DNA of 64,000 nt from Balanoglossus misakiensis (lineage: Eukaryota; Animalia; Hemichordata). Under the pieces are notes generated by a model, which worked only from the letters and a program-made list of their open reading frames with translations, ran no database searches and was not told the DNA's origin. Positions 1-13,000 of this stretch are shown piece after piece (within the stretch, counting starts at the first letter, position 1; every line of letters starts with the position of its first letter). The translations under genes were made by a program, and so were the position numbers. Location of the stretch: assembly GCA_040954595.2 (NCBI GenBank), contig CM082576.2:7939129-8003128 (forward strand). The letters are read 5' to 3'.

Positions 1-1082
1 TCTGTGTCTCAGCGGTGAATGTGGAAGCCCAAATGGCTGTTTAGCATTATAAGTGTTGTTTAATTCTGTTCTCAGTCACATAGGACCGTGTACCATTTGT
101 ATAACTGTACAGCACCCACGTGGTTTTTTACTTAAATTGATCGAACAAGCTACATCAAAGATTGATCTGAACATCTTACTGTCTTATTTTCTCCTTTTCA
201 AAAATCCTTACATTTGTGTTACTTAAGGTAGGGGACTATCAAGATGCAATGCATGGTTATCATATTCCATAGCCTTATATGTAGAATTTTGAAAAATCAC
301 TTGAAATGTATAGAAAAGGTGCCAAAAGAGAAGCGTCACTATAATTATGATATAAAAAGAAAATGGTGTGTTCTCATTGTGATGTATAAATTAAATTATG
401 ACAAAACTAACGCCATTGTATTTTTGACGGACTTTTTTAAAAACACAAATATGACCATATTATTATTCGTATACATATTGAATAAATATTCGTGCCTCTA
501 AAATGTTTGTGCGTCCTGTAGTATAGTGGCATGCGTGAATCGCGCGCGTTCTCGCAAATGGCTGTGGTCAAGCACAATGCACTGTGACGCAACCGCTCTG
601 AAAACAATCGGCGTTCGAACGCAAACTGTGGGCGCGTCACTCTGTTCGCAGATGTGTTGTACGTACAACTAACAAAAAACTCCAGCCTCAATCTCCGAGT
701 AATTTCTACAACAAAATACTCTAATTTCCAAATTTGTTCAGCAATTCAAATCAATAGGTATTCCCCATTGTTTTCGGTAAGTTATAAAGATTGTATATTC
801 ATTATACATTTATTTTTGTAACCACAATGAAACGTAGGTACACTCACGGTACAGACGAAGTCGAGCAGAGTTTACACATATATACAAATACGTGTACTGG
901 TTTCGGTTTGTCATACGAACCCAAAGTTTCAGTAGGAGTTATTTTAGAAACGTGATACCCAACCTACAAAATACTCTTACAAATTAATTCTCTCACTCTC
1001 TCTTTCTCGCCCTCCGTGTCACACCTCTCTCTTACCTGTCTCTCTGTCTCTTTGTCACTGTCTCTGTCTGTCTGTCTGTCTC

Positions 1083-1199
<117 letters not shown>

Positions 1200-1201
1200 A
1201 T

Positions 1202-3423
1202 ATGTCTTCTTTCCAACACGATTCTCAATCTGGTCGCCACGCGAGACGAAATCAAAAGTCTCAGAAGACCAAAGTTGTTCCATTTGAACTAGATGACGAT
1301 GACAAAAGTCAGTACAGTCAGTCTGAAATAAGGGTGTCTTCTGTTGAAACTTCTCCTCGAACTTCTCGAACGCCGGCTCGTAATATCAGAAGTAAGCACT
1401 ATACGCATTTAGGCAGTCATACGGTATCAATTTTTGGTTCGCAATTTCACAAGGAGTTGTCTCTCTGACGGTTTGTCACACTACCAGGGAATAATTTTGC
1501 TTTGGTGGCAACTTTTATCGTTTTGTTTTAAGTATACTCTTCCCAACTTTATTCTTCCCATTTTGAATTCTCCGCGAATTTGAACGCTACCCATTTGAAT
1601 TGTTCACTCTGTATAACTTTGGCTGACCTTTGACGACATATGGCCAAGATGAAAACATCTTCAACAAACTTGTTTGAACATCAACAAATAAAAAAACAAT
1701 GACCTGGTTTTATTAGAACGAAAATCCGCCAACGATGATTGTTTTTCATCGATGAATGATGTGTTTCCAAATTCCCATTTTATTTATCAGGTGACATCTT
1801 GCCTTCTATGCTGGTCAGTGATGACGCGATTGCTGCTGATCCGGCACTGGTTGCTAAGCCGAAGCGTCGTAGCAACCGTCGCGGCAAATCACCGGCACGG
1901 GTGATGAAGAAAGCGGATCCGTCCAAACTTCTCGCCCTGCAATCTCCCGACGGCATCGAAACCGTGGATTTAAATGACGTGCCCTCTGGAGGGCGCCTTG
2001 CCAAAGGTATCCCTTTCGTTTTAATCTTTGGTGGCTTGAATACAGTGCTTACAAAACCTGCATGATAACCGGGCACTATTTTAGAAAGCGCCAGAACCTT
2101 ATACAGCAATAACATCGGTAGTTTCCAGAAAAGCTTACCGGACTCAAATATGTCTCACGGACCACTCTCGGGGAAAAATCCTCCTAACCAAAACGTTTTG
2201 TTCCGCAGATGCCAAAGGCGATTATCCTCTTGGATTGGAGCCCGGTGTTCCTCGAACTGAGTTTATGAAGACTCCTGATATACATATTGTTGGTATGTAT
2301 TACTTGGTATTTCTCTTAAAAGGAGGAATATCACCTCTAATATACAAACAAAAAATTATATGGCGTGGCAAGGTCTACCTCATGCAATAATCGAGAGAAA
2401 TAATCGGTGGTTTATTGAATGGGGGAATGACATACCCTTTGCAATTTGCAGGTACAACTCCAAGTCCGGACTTCTATTATGATCCGATGTCACCAAGAAA
2501 CGAAGAAGCTGGTTTCTCTGCTTCTCCGTCAAGATCACCTCAACTCAACATTTATGACGACACTGAGCTTGAGAACATTGATGGACCAATCAGACGGGTT
2601 GTGGTAGAGCTTCCGAGCGCAACCAATGAGGGGGAATTTTACTCCCACTCTTCGAGCCTTGCCCCTCGCCACGAAATCTACCGGGACCTGGACTTCTCTC
2701 GAAATGACCGAGTGCCGGCTCAGCCAATCTCATACAAACCCGCAGTTGAAAATGGTAAGGATATGATATTTCTCAGTCGATTAAAAACAAGTGATATTTG
2801 GTGTCGCATGTTCTTGTTTCAAAGTTATGGGAACAATGTTTGTTGCACTGTTCTTGAAAAATTTTCCTTGTATTTTGTCTTTCATTAAAGATAAGTGGTG
2901 GAATGTCGATGCCGCCAGGCGACGAGTGACTGACAAATTTAACACTAACATGACGACAGCCAAAGCGACCTCTCTCGGCCAAAGCGAAAATCGATTCGCC
3001 AATCGTTGGAGTTCAAAGGAACCTCTCCAAACACGGCCTACACCGTCATTCCAGTATCAACATAGGAAGGACGAAAACACCAAACAGACCCGTCGCGGCG
3101 GTATTCCAAAACAAGACCTGCGCGCACCCTTCGTCGTGCCAGAAATCGGCGACGACATGCGTACACCCCGACAGCGGGAGAGCCGCCAGAGGGCGACACA
3201 GCGTGGCAACGGTAGCATCCACCTACCACCAATGATTCAGAGGAACTCTGCAATGGTCAGCCAATCATACGCCGCCAACGATTTCATGGACCAGGCCAGC
3301 GCCCAATCAGCAAAGCCGTCGGTAGGTGCAGCGAGTGGCAAACTTGATCACGTGGTCGAGAAGAGGCGAAAGCGCAGGTCAAAGAGACCAAAGGGGAGAC
3401 GAGTAAGCAAGAAAGTGGATTAA
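1202..3423 (+). CDS. Uncharacterised 5-exon protein (~441 aa), Ser/Arg/Pro/Asp-rich, probably disordered, basic C-terminus
   Basis: Coding exons 1202-1391, 1791-2006, 2209-2292, 2452-2754, 2891-3423. All introns are GT-AG, phase 1, and the exons join into one 1326-nt frame (MSSFQHDSQ...RRVSKKVD*). Probable non-coding first exon ends at 776 (CG|GTAAGT). No family recognised. Confidence 0.75.
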
Positions 3424-3632
3424 GGAGTTCTCCTGTCTAACAAATTTACAATGGAGACCCGGTTTTCCAAGTGTGCGACGGATACAATTTGATCAAACAA
3501 AACCAAACGAAAAAACCACATTTACAAATAGGGCAAAATGGTAAAGTAAGCCAAACAATGATGGTGTCAAAAACACCACATTCTAACAAATGAGACACAA
3601 TGATGAAAAAAAGGTCGCACAGTGATGGTGTC

Positions 3633-4170
3633 CCTGACAATAATTATCCAAACAAATGAGGCAAAAATGTTCAAATAAGTTCTAAGCCATACTTCGCAGA
3701 AGCGTAACATCTGCTTCGGTGAATAATGAAGGTGCTGGGTTTCGTTATCCGCGTTAGTTCTCCAACATGGCCGATATCGTATTTGAGAAAAGCATATACA
3801 TGTACACACAATTCCATTTCGCGTCAGTAAGACGTAATAGTCTTTGTCAAGGGACACACAGACTGGTAGGCTGGGACGCTATGTTCGGGAAATACACTGT
3901 ACAGTGTTAATATTTCACAGTTTATCGTTACACAAAAGTAGGCCAGTGACCAGTTCCAGTAATTGACTTAAAAGATAATTAAGTCATATAAATGGGATAC
4001 TGGTAATGGGTTTCGTATTCACACAACTTCAACGAAACATAAGTACTGTAAGAAACGACACATTGATCATAACTGACGATTACTGAAACCACTATGGACA
4101 TGATGGATATGATGATGATGCTGATGACGACGACGATGACGACAATGGTGATGATGATAATTTTGTTGGA

Positions 4171-4258
<88 letters not shown>

Positions 4259-5300
4259 TATATGACGATGATGACAATGATGGTGATGGCGATGCACTTG
4301 GATATGATGTTGATGACGGTGCTGCTGCTGATGATGGTGACTACGACGATGATGACAATGATGGTGATGGCGATGCACTTGGATATGATGTTGATGACGG
4401 TGCTGCTGCTGATGATGGTGACTATGACGATGATGACAATGATGGTGATGGCGATGCACTTGGATATGATGTTGATGACGGTGCTGCTGCTGATGATGGT
4501 GACTATGACGATGATGACAATGATGGTGATGGCGATGCACTTGGATATGATGTTGATGAAGGTGCTGCTGCTGATGATGGTGACTATGACGATGATGACA
4601 ATGATGGTGATGGCGATGCACTTGGATATGATGTTGATGACGGTGCTGCTGCTGCTGATGATGGTGACTATGACGATGATGATGACAATGATGGTGATGC
4701 TCTTGGATATGATGTTGATGACGGTGCTGCTGCTGATGATGATGATGATGACTATGATGACAATGATGGTGATGGCGATGCTCTTGGATATAATGTTGAT
4801 GACGGTGCTGCTGCTGATGGCAATGATGATGACGACGACGATGGTGATGATGATGATTTTTTTTACAAATGTGTTAATATAATTTCAAAAATTATTGATT
4901 CATAATGTCAATAACATCTTCTGTATTCCCATTTTGATTTCAAGGAATTCACACCTACTTTCAACACGAAACACATACTAAAACAACAAGCGTCCCAGCC
5001 TACCAGTGTCCCCTATCATAATGTTAAGACTGTGTGATTTTATTGTGGTACAGGAAATTCAACCAGAGAGGTTCTTTGGTAACACCAGCGTTTGATTAAA
5101 TTTTCATCGGTCAAAACGCGCTTATAAGGTCGTGTGTACATATATAAATGTCAATGTCCTTATAACAGAAACCCAGCACCTTAACAATGCAATCCCTCAT
5201 ATCAACTGTGATATAAAAAACCATCGATTAAATCCAGTCAAAAAACATTTTCATATGTTAATATAACACCACTTATTGCTCTCATTTGTTTAATGTCAGG
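3633..5300. mobile_element. Degenerate foldback/MITE-like element with nested inverted arms
   Basis: Three reverse-complement block pairs in nested order: 3633-3670/5271-5300, 3729-3748/5162-5182 (AAGGTGCTGGGTTTC core), and 3862-3880/4989-5007 (ACTGGTAGGCTGGGACGCT, 19/19). No clear TSD. Confidence 0.55.
4094..4857. repeat. GAT-based satellite: pure (GAT)n followed by ~7 copies of an 81-bp higher-order unit
   Basis: (GAT)n at ~4174-4258; the marker GATGCACTTGGATATG recurs at 4291, 4372, 4453, 4534 and 4615 (81-bp period), then degenerates. Confidence 0.95.
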
Positions 5301-7399
5301 CATGAAACTTGGTATTTTTTTTTAAATACTGAAAATATTGAAATAAAATATTTTAGAGAAAAAATCCCTGCACTGTCGTTTACTTTAGTTTATATGTGTT
5401 TCCCATAATGATACACGGCCAGGCGACGATACATTCTCCAGCAGAGGAAAAACATAAAAAGAAGTAAAGAAACATGATTCAAGTATGCATCACCGCTGAA
5501 GTGGAATGTTTCCCTAATGTAGAGGTCAAACTTTAGCAAATAAAAGAATGGGTTTGGACCAAGCCAAGGTGTTGAAAGGGTTATACAAAGGAAGAGATCG
5601 TCCGATGCTGCATTGTCAGCCCCCGCAATCCGATAAAAGTGGTGGGCGTCCCTGCTGGCTTTTGTACAAAAGGTCGTGGTTGTCTCAAGATGGTGCCACT
5701 ACATACTATATTTAGAGTACTATTGATATGCTAAGTTATGAGTCAGATTACATTAATTCCTTATAAGGAGGTTTCCCCCATGAAGAAAGTGGGCGTAACC
5801 GAGTTCTTGGCCATGGAGATGCGTCTGTTTGTTTGTGTACGAACTACGTCATTCAATTCTTTTCTTATGGAAATGTTGTTTGATACTGATTGATCGATGC
5901 CGCGGCGAGTGACTAAGATGGGAGGGATTGTGCTCGTTCTATTAGTGTCTAAGTCACGATTGTCACGTGGTAGAAGTGACGACTAAGCCAAACCAAGGGA
6001 AAACAGAAAATTACAAATTTCTTGCTGAAAAAAACTTAAATTAAAAATCTCGATAAAAATAAAAATATAAGCATTTGATTTTTTTCTACAACAAGACTTC
6101 ATACGCAACTGTCGTGAGATAGAATCGGGTCGTTAAAGTCAACATCCGACGTTGACGAAAAATAGCTCAGATTTCCAGCAAACTTTTCATGTTAAAATAC
6201 TTCGCCAACTTGACCACTAACCGGGGCTAGCATGTATGAACTTTTTAACTGGTGAAATGCAACTCGTCTTCACCTTGAAGCATTCTGTCTCCGTACTCTG
6301 CGAATCGTTTTATTTTTAAGTCCGACCGTCCGAAATGTATTTTGACCGGGCCAACCGGCAGTATACAGACATGGTGACACAGATCATCTAGAGGGTTACT
6401 AGAAAGATCATTCTCTCATTGAGTTGATGTTGCAAATTAGTACACGTAGTTCGTTAAGAGGCATAGTTGGCTCAAGGTTTTCTTCCCCATAGACCGACCC
6501 ATCCTGCAAAAGGGATTTTAGGTCTGAAACAAAACAGCAGTTATAGCTATGCTGTTTTCTCGAATTAAGACCTTCATCTGTCGATTGGATTTTCGAATTT
6601 TAAGCTGTGAAAATTCACAGTAAATTCATAGAAAATCCCAGTAAATACACGATATTTCGCGTTCAGAAATTTTCAGTGCGAGTTTGCTATCAAATCTGCA
6701 AAAGGGCGCAGTACAATAGGCTCGACAAGGTCGGTCTTAATTTGAATAACAATGGCATTTTCTGGCCTCTATTGGGAGTCATCATCCTTCAATGGAGACC
6801 TGGTACCTCTGATCACCACAGCGCACCAATTATTGGGACCCCGTGATGACGCACACAGGCTCAACAATAACAAGAACGAAGAGATATCTCCTGTTGGTGG
6901 TAGAAATAGCATAAATAGAGCGCAGGGGCTCTCGTTTGGTCACAACTTGGACAATCACTTGGACAAGACGATCCGAAGAAAGCCTGAAACGAAGTTTTAA
7001 TATCTACTCTCTTCTCTTGACGACAAGACGTTATAAGGTAAGTTGCGGTCGACTCTCAGTAGATCTGCATGGCTCTCGTTAGATTGCGATCATTTGATTT
7101 GCAACAGAAAGTTTTCTGTATGCAGAAAAGTAACCCTTTTCCCTGACTTTACGCGCGTATTTTAGTCTTTTATCACAAGAAAGGAAAAGGCACCGTGCCA
7201 TCGGATGTGCATTTATCAATTACAGCAATATGTTTTTTTAAAAAAACAACCACATTTCTTACCGATTTCTACACACAAGATTGAAAAATATTATCCCCTT
7301 TGCGTTTTCTTCCCAGGCGGTATTATTGCGTAGATTTGCCTTATTGACTGACAACAGGTATAATCTTGTCTTCACTTTTTTCCCCGATAGGTTCCTGAG

Positions 7400-8206
7400 A
7401 TGAAGGCACAGTTGGTCTTACTGTTTTGCCTGGTTGTGGCAACTACAGTTGTTCAATGTCGTCCTGCTCGGGGCAGGATCCCGGGTCGGGGACCACCACC
7501 GGGGGATCATGGAAGACCAGAACGGCCAGAGGGTGGCGAAAGACCAGAACGGCCAGAGGGTGGCGAAAGACCAGAACGGCCAGAGGGTGGCGAAAGACCA
7601 GAACGGCCAGAGGGTGGCGAAAAACCAGAACGGCCAGAGGGTGGCGAAAGACCAGAACGGCCAGCGGATGGCGAAAGACCAGAACGGCCGGCAGGTGGCG
7701 AAAGACCAGAACGGCCGGCAGGTGGCGAAAGACCAGAAAAACCAGTCGATGGCGAAAGACCAGAAAAGCCAGTCGATGGCGAAAGACCAGTTGAGGAAGA
7801 TTCTGCCGTCGAGATTCGCGAGCGCCGACGTGCGCCTTTCCGTCCCTTTGGCGGTCGGCGTCCACAGAAGCCACATGGCGGCGCCAGGCCCGGTAGGCCG
7901 GAAAGTGACAGTGATAGCGAGAGTGACAGTGATAGTGAGAGCGAAGAATGTGAGGATTTCGACACAAACAGCGATGAGGGACCCCGCGGACGTAGAAAAG
8001 ACGGACGTCACGGGCCACAAGGCGGCCGCCCTTCGCGTCGCCGCTGCAAACCAAGGCCAAGTGGAGTGCCACCCCGCCCTTCTCGCGGACCACGCCCCAG
8101 TGGGGTACCACCGCCGCGCCCCTCTCGCATACCGCCTCCAAGTGGAGTTCCACCACAACCGCATTCACCTCGTCCAACCGAGTTACCAACGCCTGTCGAA
8201 CCTTAA
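7400..8206 (+). CDS. Secreted low-complexity protein (268 aa): signal peptide, 10 x ERPERPEGG-type repeats, Ser-Asp/Glu acidic tract, Pro/Arg-rich tail
   Basis: ATG lies 9 nt after an acceptor (ccccgatag|, exon starts 7391). Hydrophobic N-terminus MKAQLVLLFCLVVATTVVQC. Upstream non-coding exon ends 7038 (AAG|GTAAGT). TATA-like ATAAATA at ~6911 and AATAAA at ~8749. Confidence 0.8.
   Translation: MKAQLVLLFCLVVATTVVQCRPARGRIPGRGPPPGDHGRPERPEGGERPERPEGGERPERPEGGERPERPEGGEKPERPEGGERPERPADGERPERPAGGERPERPAGGERPEKPVDGERPEKPVDGERPVEEDSAVEIRERRRAPFRPFGGRRPQKPHGGARPGRPESDSDSESDSDSESEECEDFDTNSDEGPRGRRKDGRHGPQGGRPSRRRCKPRPSGVPPRPSRGPRPSGVPPPRPSRIPPPSGVPPQPHSPRPTELPTPVEP
7511..7790 (+). repeat. Coding 27-bp tandem repeat (10 copies plus a partial)
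   Basis: Unit GAAAGACCAGAACGGCCAGAGGGTGGC (ERPERPEGG), drifting to ERPERPAGG and ERPEKPVDG toward the 3' end. Confidence 0.95.
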
Positions 8207-9954
8207 ACGCATATGTTATGATTTCACTAAGTCATTTTCACTTAGTGATTTGCATGCTAACACACTCGCAAGATTCTTTTAGTGTGCGATGTGCTTTGAA
8301 ACTGAACGAGAACATTTTGTTCAAGTTTGCTTATAGTTGTGGCTTAGATTGTCACAGTTTGTGCGTTTAGACTGCTAAAAGCTTGAGTGTTTGCCACTTG
8401 TGCTCGGGCGAAAGTCGTGGTATTATTTTGACAGCACAGAATGACACGTGCTGATTTCTCACACATTTTACCCAATGTGCAATATCTTATGGTACTACCA
8501 ATCGTGTTAGTGGTTATGCTGTAGAAAAATAACAAGTGATTGCCACGTTTCGTTTCTTCTGAGAGGATTATATTGTCAGCATTTTGTTTTTCTCGTTGCA
8601 TAGCGAAACACGCCTTTGTGCGCATTTTCAGCACACTCGTGTAGACGTCTATCTAGCGAATGTAATTGCGACAATCGACTTTATTGTGTGTTCATCAGAC
8701 TGTTGACTTTTGTTGGAATTAAAAAAGGATAAATATATTCTTGCATTAAATAAATTTTATGTCATTACCAAGAAATGTCTGTTCGTCACATTGAGTGATT
8801 TTGCTAGTCCCAGGCAATTGGACATACAGCATTCAACAAACGTACATAATAATTTTGAATCCTTTGCTGAATGACGGAAATCCATTCCTTCCTTCCTTAC
8901 ATCATTTCCTGACAGTATTGCTATATGTGTCTGCATAGTGAATAAAAATTGTTTAGTGGGTATTCGTTGATGGTGATTTCAGCATGAGAGAGAGAGAGAG
9001 GGGGGGTCAGTAGATTTTTGTTACCTTTATGCAAGTCGACGCGAAGATGGTGCTGGAATCGTTGGTGTACTTTAAAATACCCTGGCATAAGTTACGACTT
9101 CTGTATGAGGGTTGCCAGATACGTTTATAACCTAACAATTTCATCGACATAGCCCGGTAGGGCCAAACTACCAGCATTACATGGAATTTGAAATGTATGA
9201 GACCTTGTTCAAAGGTATACGGTCAGGTGGAAATTTAGCTTATAGTTACCGTGGCAAATTGAGATCTAGCCAATCACAGATTTTCAGTGGGTGGCACACG
9301 CGTAAAGAAGCAGGCCATGCATGACTTTCATGTCGCCACTCCTGACGTCACCTCGCAGCACTTGACACCTGTGATGTAATCAATCGTCGTCGAAAGCACT
9401 CACACTCAACTTGCTAATTACTAGTACTTATGTACATGTATTCGCTCACGGCGACGGCCATGCTGTTATTTTGAATCCCTGTTAAGCAGTTGTCCTGTAC
9501 TTTCTGGTCAAAATTATGTTTTATTACTTTGTTGTGTCGAATTAATTTTGGCCGAATGGATCCCACAGTCCTTTGCGCACGTTTTCTTAAATCAAAGACG
9601 GCGGCGGCTGACAATGTCTTTCTCTCATAAAGTTCAAAAAGGGGACGTTGTACCCGTTTCGGGGCGGTTCGTCGTCCAATATAAATGAAGTGTGCTCGAT
9701 AGTTGAAATACATGGTCTGGTCTTTCCACCTGGCAAAAAGAGTCAAAAATGCAGATATTTGAAAACGTTCTTATTCTGATTAGAATCTTAGAACGCATTG
9801 TTTGTGAATAGATATTTAGGTGACGATGATGTTCAGTTGATTTTCCCCTACTCCAACATTTCAAAGCGCAAGGTAATCTCTTTCGGATGTGGACTCGTTT
9901 GATGTTCAAAATGTCTGGCAAACTACGACAAAAAAATAATCCGAAATTTCAACA

Positions 9955-10046
9955 GTTACGTAACTGTGTCAGCACTTTTGATGCGGGTCACGTCACGTGA
10001 CGTGACTTGAGACGTGACTATGCAAAGCTTTCGCTGCTGATTGGTT
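9955..10046. promoter_or_regulatory. Promoter-like motif cluster (bZIP/E-box palindromes plus CCAAT)
   Basis: GTTACGTAAC at 9955, palindrome GTCACGTCACGTGACGTGAC at 9987-10006, and GATTGG at ~10039, just upstream of an exon ending at the 10209 donor. Confidence 0.45.
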
Positions 10047-10049
10047 GAA

Positions 10050-13000
10050 GCCACCTGGACCATCTCCACTTGGAAATTTCCGTTCCGCCTTCCGTGCATT
10101 TTCATTAGAGAGTCAGACGGCCACGCTGGTGCACGGACTACGAGAAGATGCGGAGAACTCTGCCCCCAAAACAGAGTTTCTCCGCTGGATAGTTTTCACG
10201 ACGACAGCGGTAAGTAAAGTAACAGAAGTAGACACATTTACTCAATTTTTGAACAGAAACATGGGTTATTCTGTGGCGAGTTACGGTCAACTAAAAAGCC
10301 AGACGTTTACACCACATAATTGAAAAATTGGATGCGTCACAGTCAGACAGCTCGAGTCAGCGCTTCTCTGCATTTTAATTCGCAAATTCCGCCCTTTCGC
10401 GTTACTCAACTTGAGATATACGGTTTATCAAATTAAGACAAGTCGGTGTTATAGCTCTACTGGTGGGCGGCAGTTTTTGTAAATAAAAAAAGGTAGTTTT
10501 TCGGGAAAGAGAAGGAGGGCTACGATGAATTGGTAGCGGGGTCGTTGAATTGACAGCGGGTTCACGTTTGGTCGGCGTGTTTTCGAGTGTGAGCGAATGC
10601 AAATGTTGTATTATACTACCAGACAATGGCAAAAATAAGCTTTAAACTCTTCATTGGGAACAGTTACTTTTGTGTCCGTGCAGTCTTTGCCCAATTTTGT
10701 TTTTGTCTGAGTTTAAAATGTTCCGCTTGGCTGTAGGCCTAAACTTGAAAATATGTAAATGTGCATGGTGCCACGCTGGGGCTACTTGTCAGCGAAGCCC
10801 TAAAACATCGTCGTGTACAATATGCGTATGGACAACAGTTAAGCGTACGGTGACCACGGTTGAGATTTCGTTTCGTGTTCATGGATAGGCATTCAATTTG
10901 TTTCCTTATTTTTTGCAGATGCCCAGATGACCTGATGTTGTACGTTCTGCGTGGATGCTATGATGTTATCAAGCATGATGTACGAGTAAGCGGTATTAGC
11001 CAAATTTTGGGCAATTTTTAAGATCTTTCAACGATTCTGACTGGTGCCGGTAGCCAGTTCAGCGAACCGATTTTGCACAAATCTGAAGAATGCAGCAATG
11101 CGGATGCTATATGTGGATGTCATTAATGTTTTAGAACCAACATGACTACATGCTCGGTGCATGGGTCATTTTTGTCACGGCACCAACACGTTTATCTGCT
11201 TTGAATGCTTCGATCGGAAGGTGCTCGTTGTGAGTGTGTGCGCATGTGTGTCACGGTAAGTTGTACGGTATATTTGAGCCATGCAGCTAGACTACAATGA
11301 GGTGAGCGTTTGTATGTTCCATGGCTGAATGAAGACCAGTGGATGAAGTTTCGTAACAAGTAAGTTATATAGACATAAATAAAATCCCCGGTGCGGGTGG
11401 GTCCCATCCCTCAGACCGTCGGTTAATACTTAATACAAGTTTTTTTTTAGACATGTTATCTTTCGTCATTATTCAATAAAAATAAAATAAAAACATACAC
11501 GCACTCAAAATACTTGGAGTGGTTTATTTCCGTACCGATCATCTTCCCGCTCACGTATATAGTTAATACAGGTTTTTTAGATATGTTATCTTTCGTCATT
11601 ATTCAATAAAAATAAAATAAAAACATACACGCACTCAAAATACTTGGAGTGGTTTATTTCCGTACCGATCATCTTCCCCCTCACGTATATAGTTAATGCA
11701 GGTTTTTTAGATATGTTATCTTTCGTCATTATTCAATAAAAATAAAATAAAAACATACACGCACTCAAAATACTTGGAGTGGTTTATTTCCGTACCGATC
11801 ATCTTCCCCCTCACGTATATAGTTAATACAGGTTTTTTAGATATGTTATCTTTCGTCATTATTCAATAAAAATAAAATAAAAACATACACGCACTCAAAA
11901 TACTTGGAGTGGTTTATTTCCGTACCGATCATCTTCCCCCTCACTTATATAGTTAATACAGGTTTTTTAGATATGTTATCTTTCGTCATTATTCAATAAA
12001 AATAAAATAAAAACATACACGCACTCAAAATACTTGGAGTGGTTTATTTCCGTACCGATCATCTTCCCCCTCACGTATATAGTTAATACAGTTTTTTTTA
12101 GATATGTTATCTTTCGTCATTATTCAATAAAAAAAATATTAAAAACATACGTGTATTGATAAAACTGAGAGTGGTTTATTTCCGTACCGCTCATCTTCGC
12201 TTGTGTGTATGTCTCTGTTAGTCTGTTTTTATGGTAAATAAGGTATTAACTTTCCAGACGTTAACTTTATTTGCTTGTTTTGCAGATGCAGAGACCAGAG
12301 TTTTTTCGCCATGCAGCGGTATAGCTTGGTGAGGTAAGGGCAGGTATCTTCCATGGCTGAACGATTATGAATATTGCAGACACTCACTCCATTTGCTTGT
12401 TTTGCAGATCCAGAGACGAGATCAACTCATAATGGTATTCATCAACCAAGCTTGGGCCTAATTGCCATGCAGCAGTAGAGCTGGGTGAGGTAAGGGCAGT
12501 ATGTTCAATGGCTGAACGATCATGAATATCACCGACATTCACTTCGTTTCATTGTTTTGCAGATGCAGGGACGGGATCAACTCATAATGGTATTGCATGC
12601 AGCAGTATAGCTGGGTGCGGTAAGGGCAGTATGTTCAATGGCTGAACGAAGACCAGAGGTTTCAAGCAAGGTTTGACAAGCGATATAGACAAAGCCCCAT
12701 TTATCATGGTGGATATTTTGAAGATTTTTTATCGATTCAGACTGGTGCCGTTACCCAGTCAAGCGAAATGATTTTGCACAAACATGCATGTAACAATATG
12801 GACCCAGTCCTTTATGTGGATGTCAATTCAACGTTTTAAAACCGACCTGACTGCTGGATGCAAGAGGTGGACATTTTGTTTTTGCACAAACGTGTTCGCC
12901 ATCTTTGAAGGAGACATTCCATTTACACACTCTTCATTTATTCCAGGGATCCCGTAGATGATGCTAAGATGATTGCCAGCCTGTGTGATTGATGTCCAGA

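Noticed and set aside
4067-4882. Poly-Met, poly-His and poly-Ser ORFs of up to 262 aa
   Set aside because: These are translations of the GAT satellite, with no splice or promoter context.
7418-8282. Long ORFs in the five other frames over the secreted protein, suggesting overlapping genes
   Set aside because: The stop-free GC-rich 27-bp repeat opens all frames. Only the 7400 frame has an ATG, a signal peptide and an upstream acceptor.
11430-12620. Regular repeats that superficially resemble a CRISPR array
   Set aside because: There are no unique spacers, the units are whole tandem copies, the context is eukaryotic and there are no cas genes.
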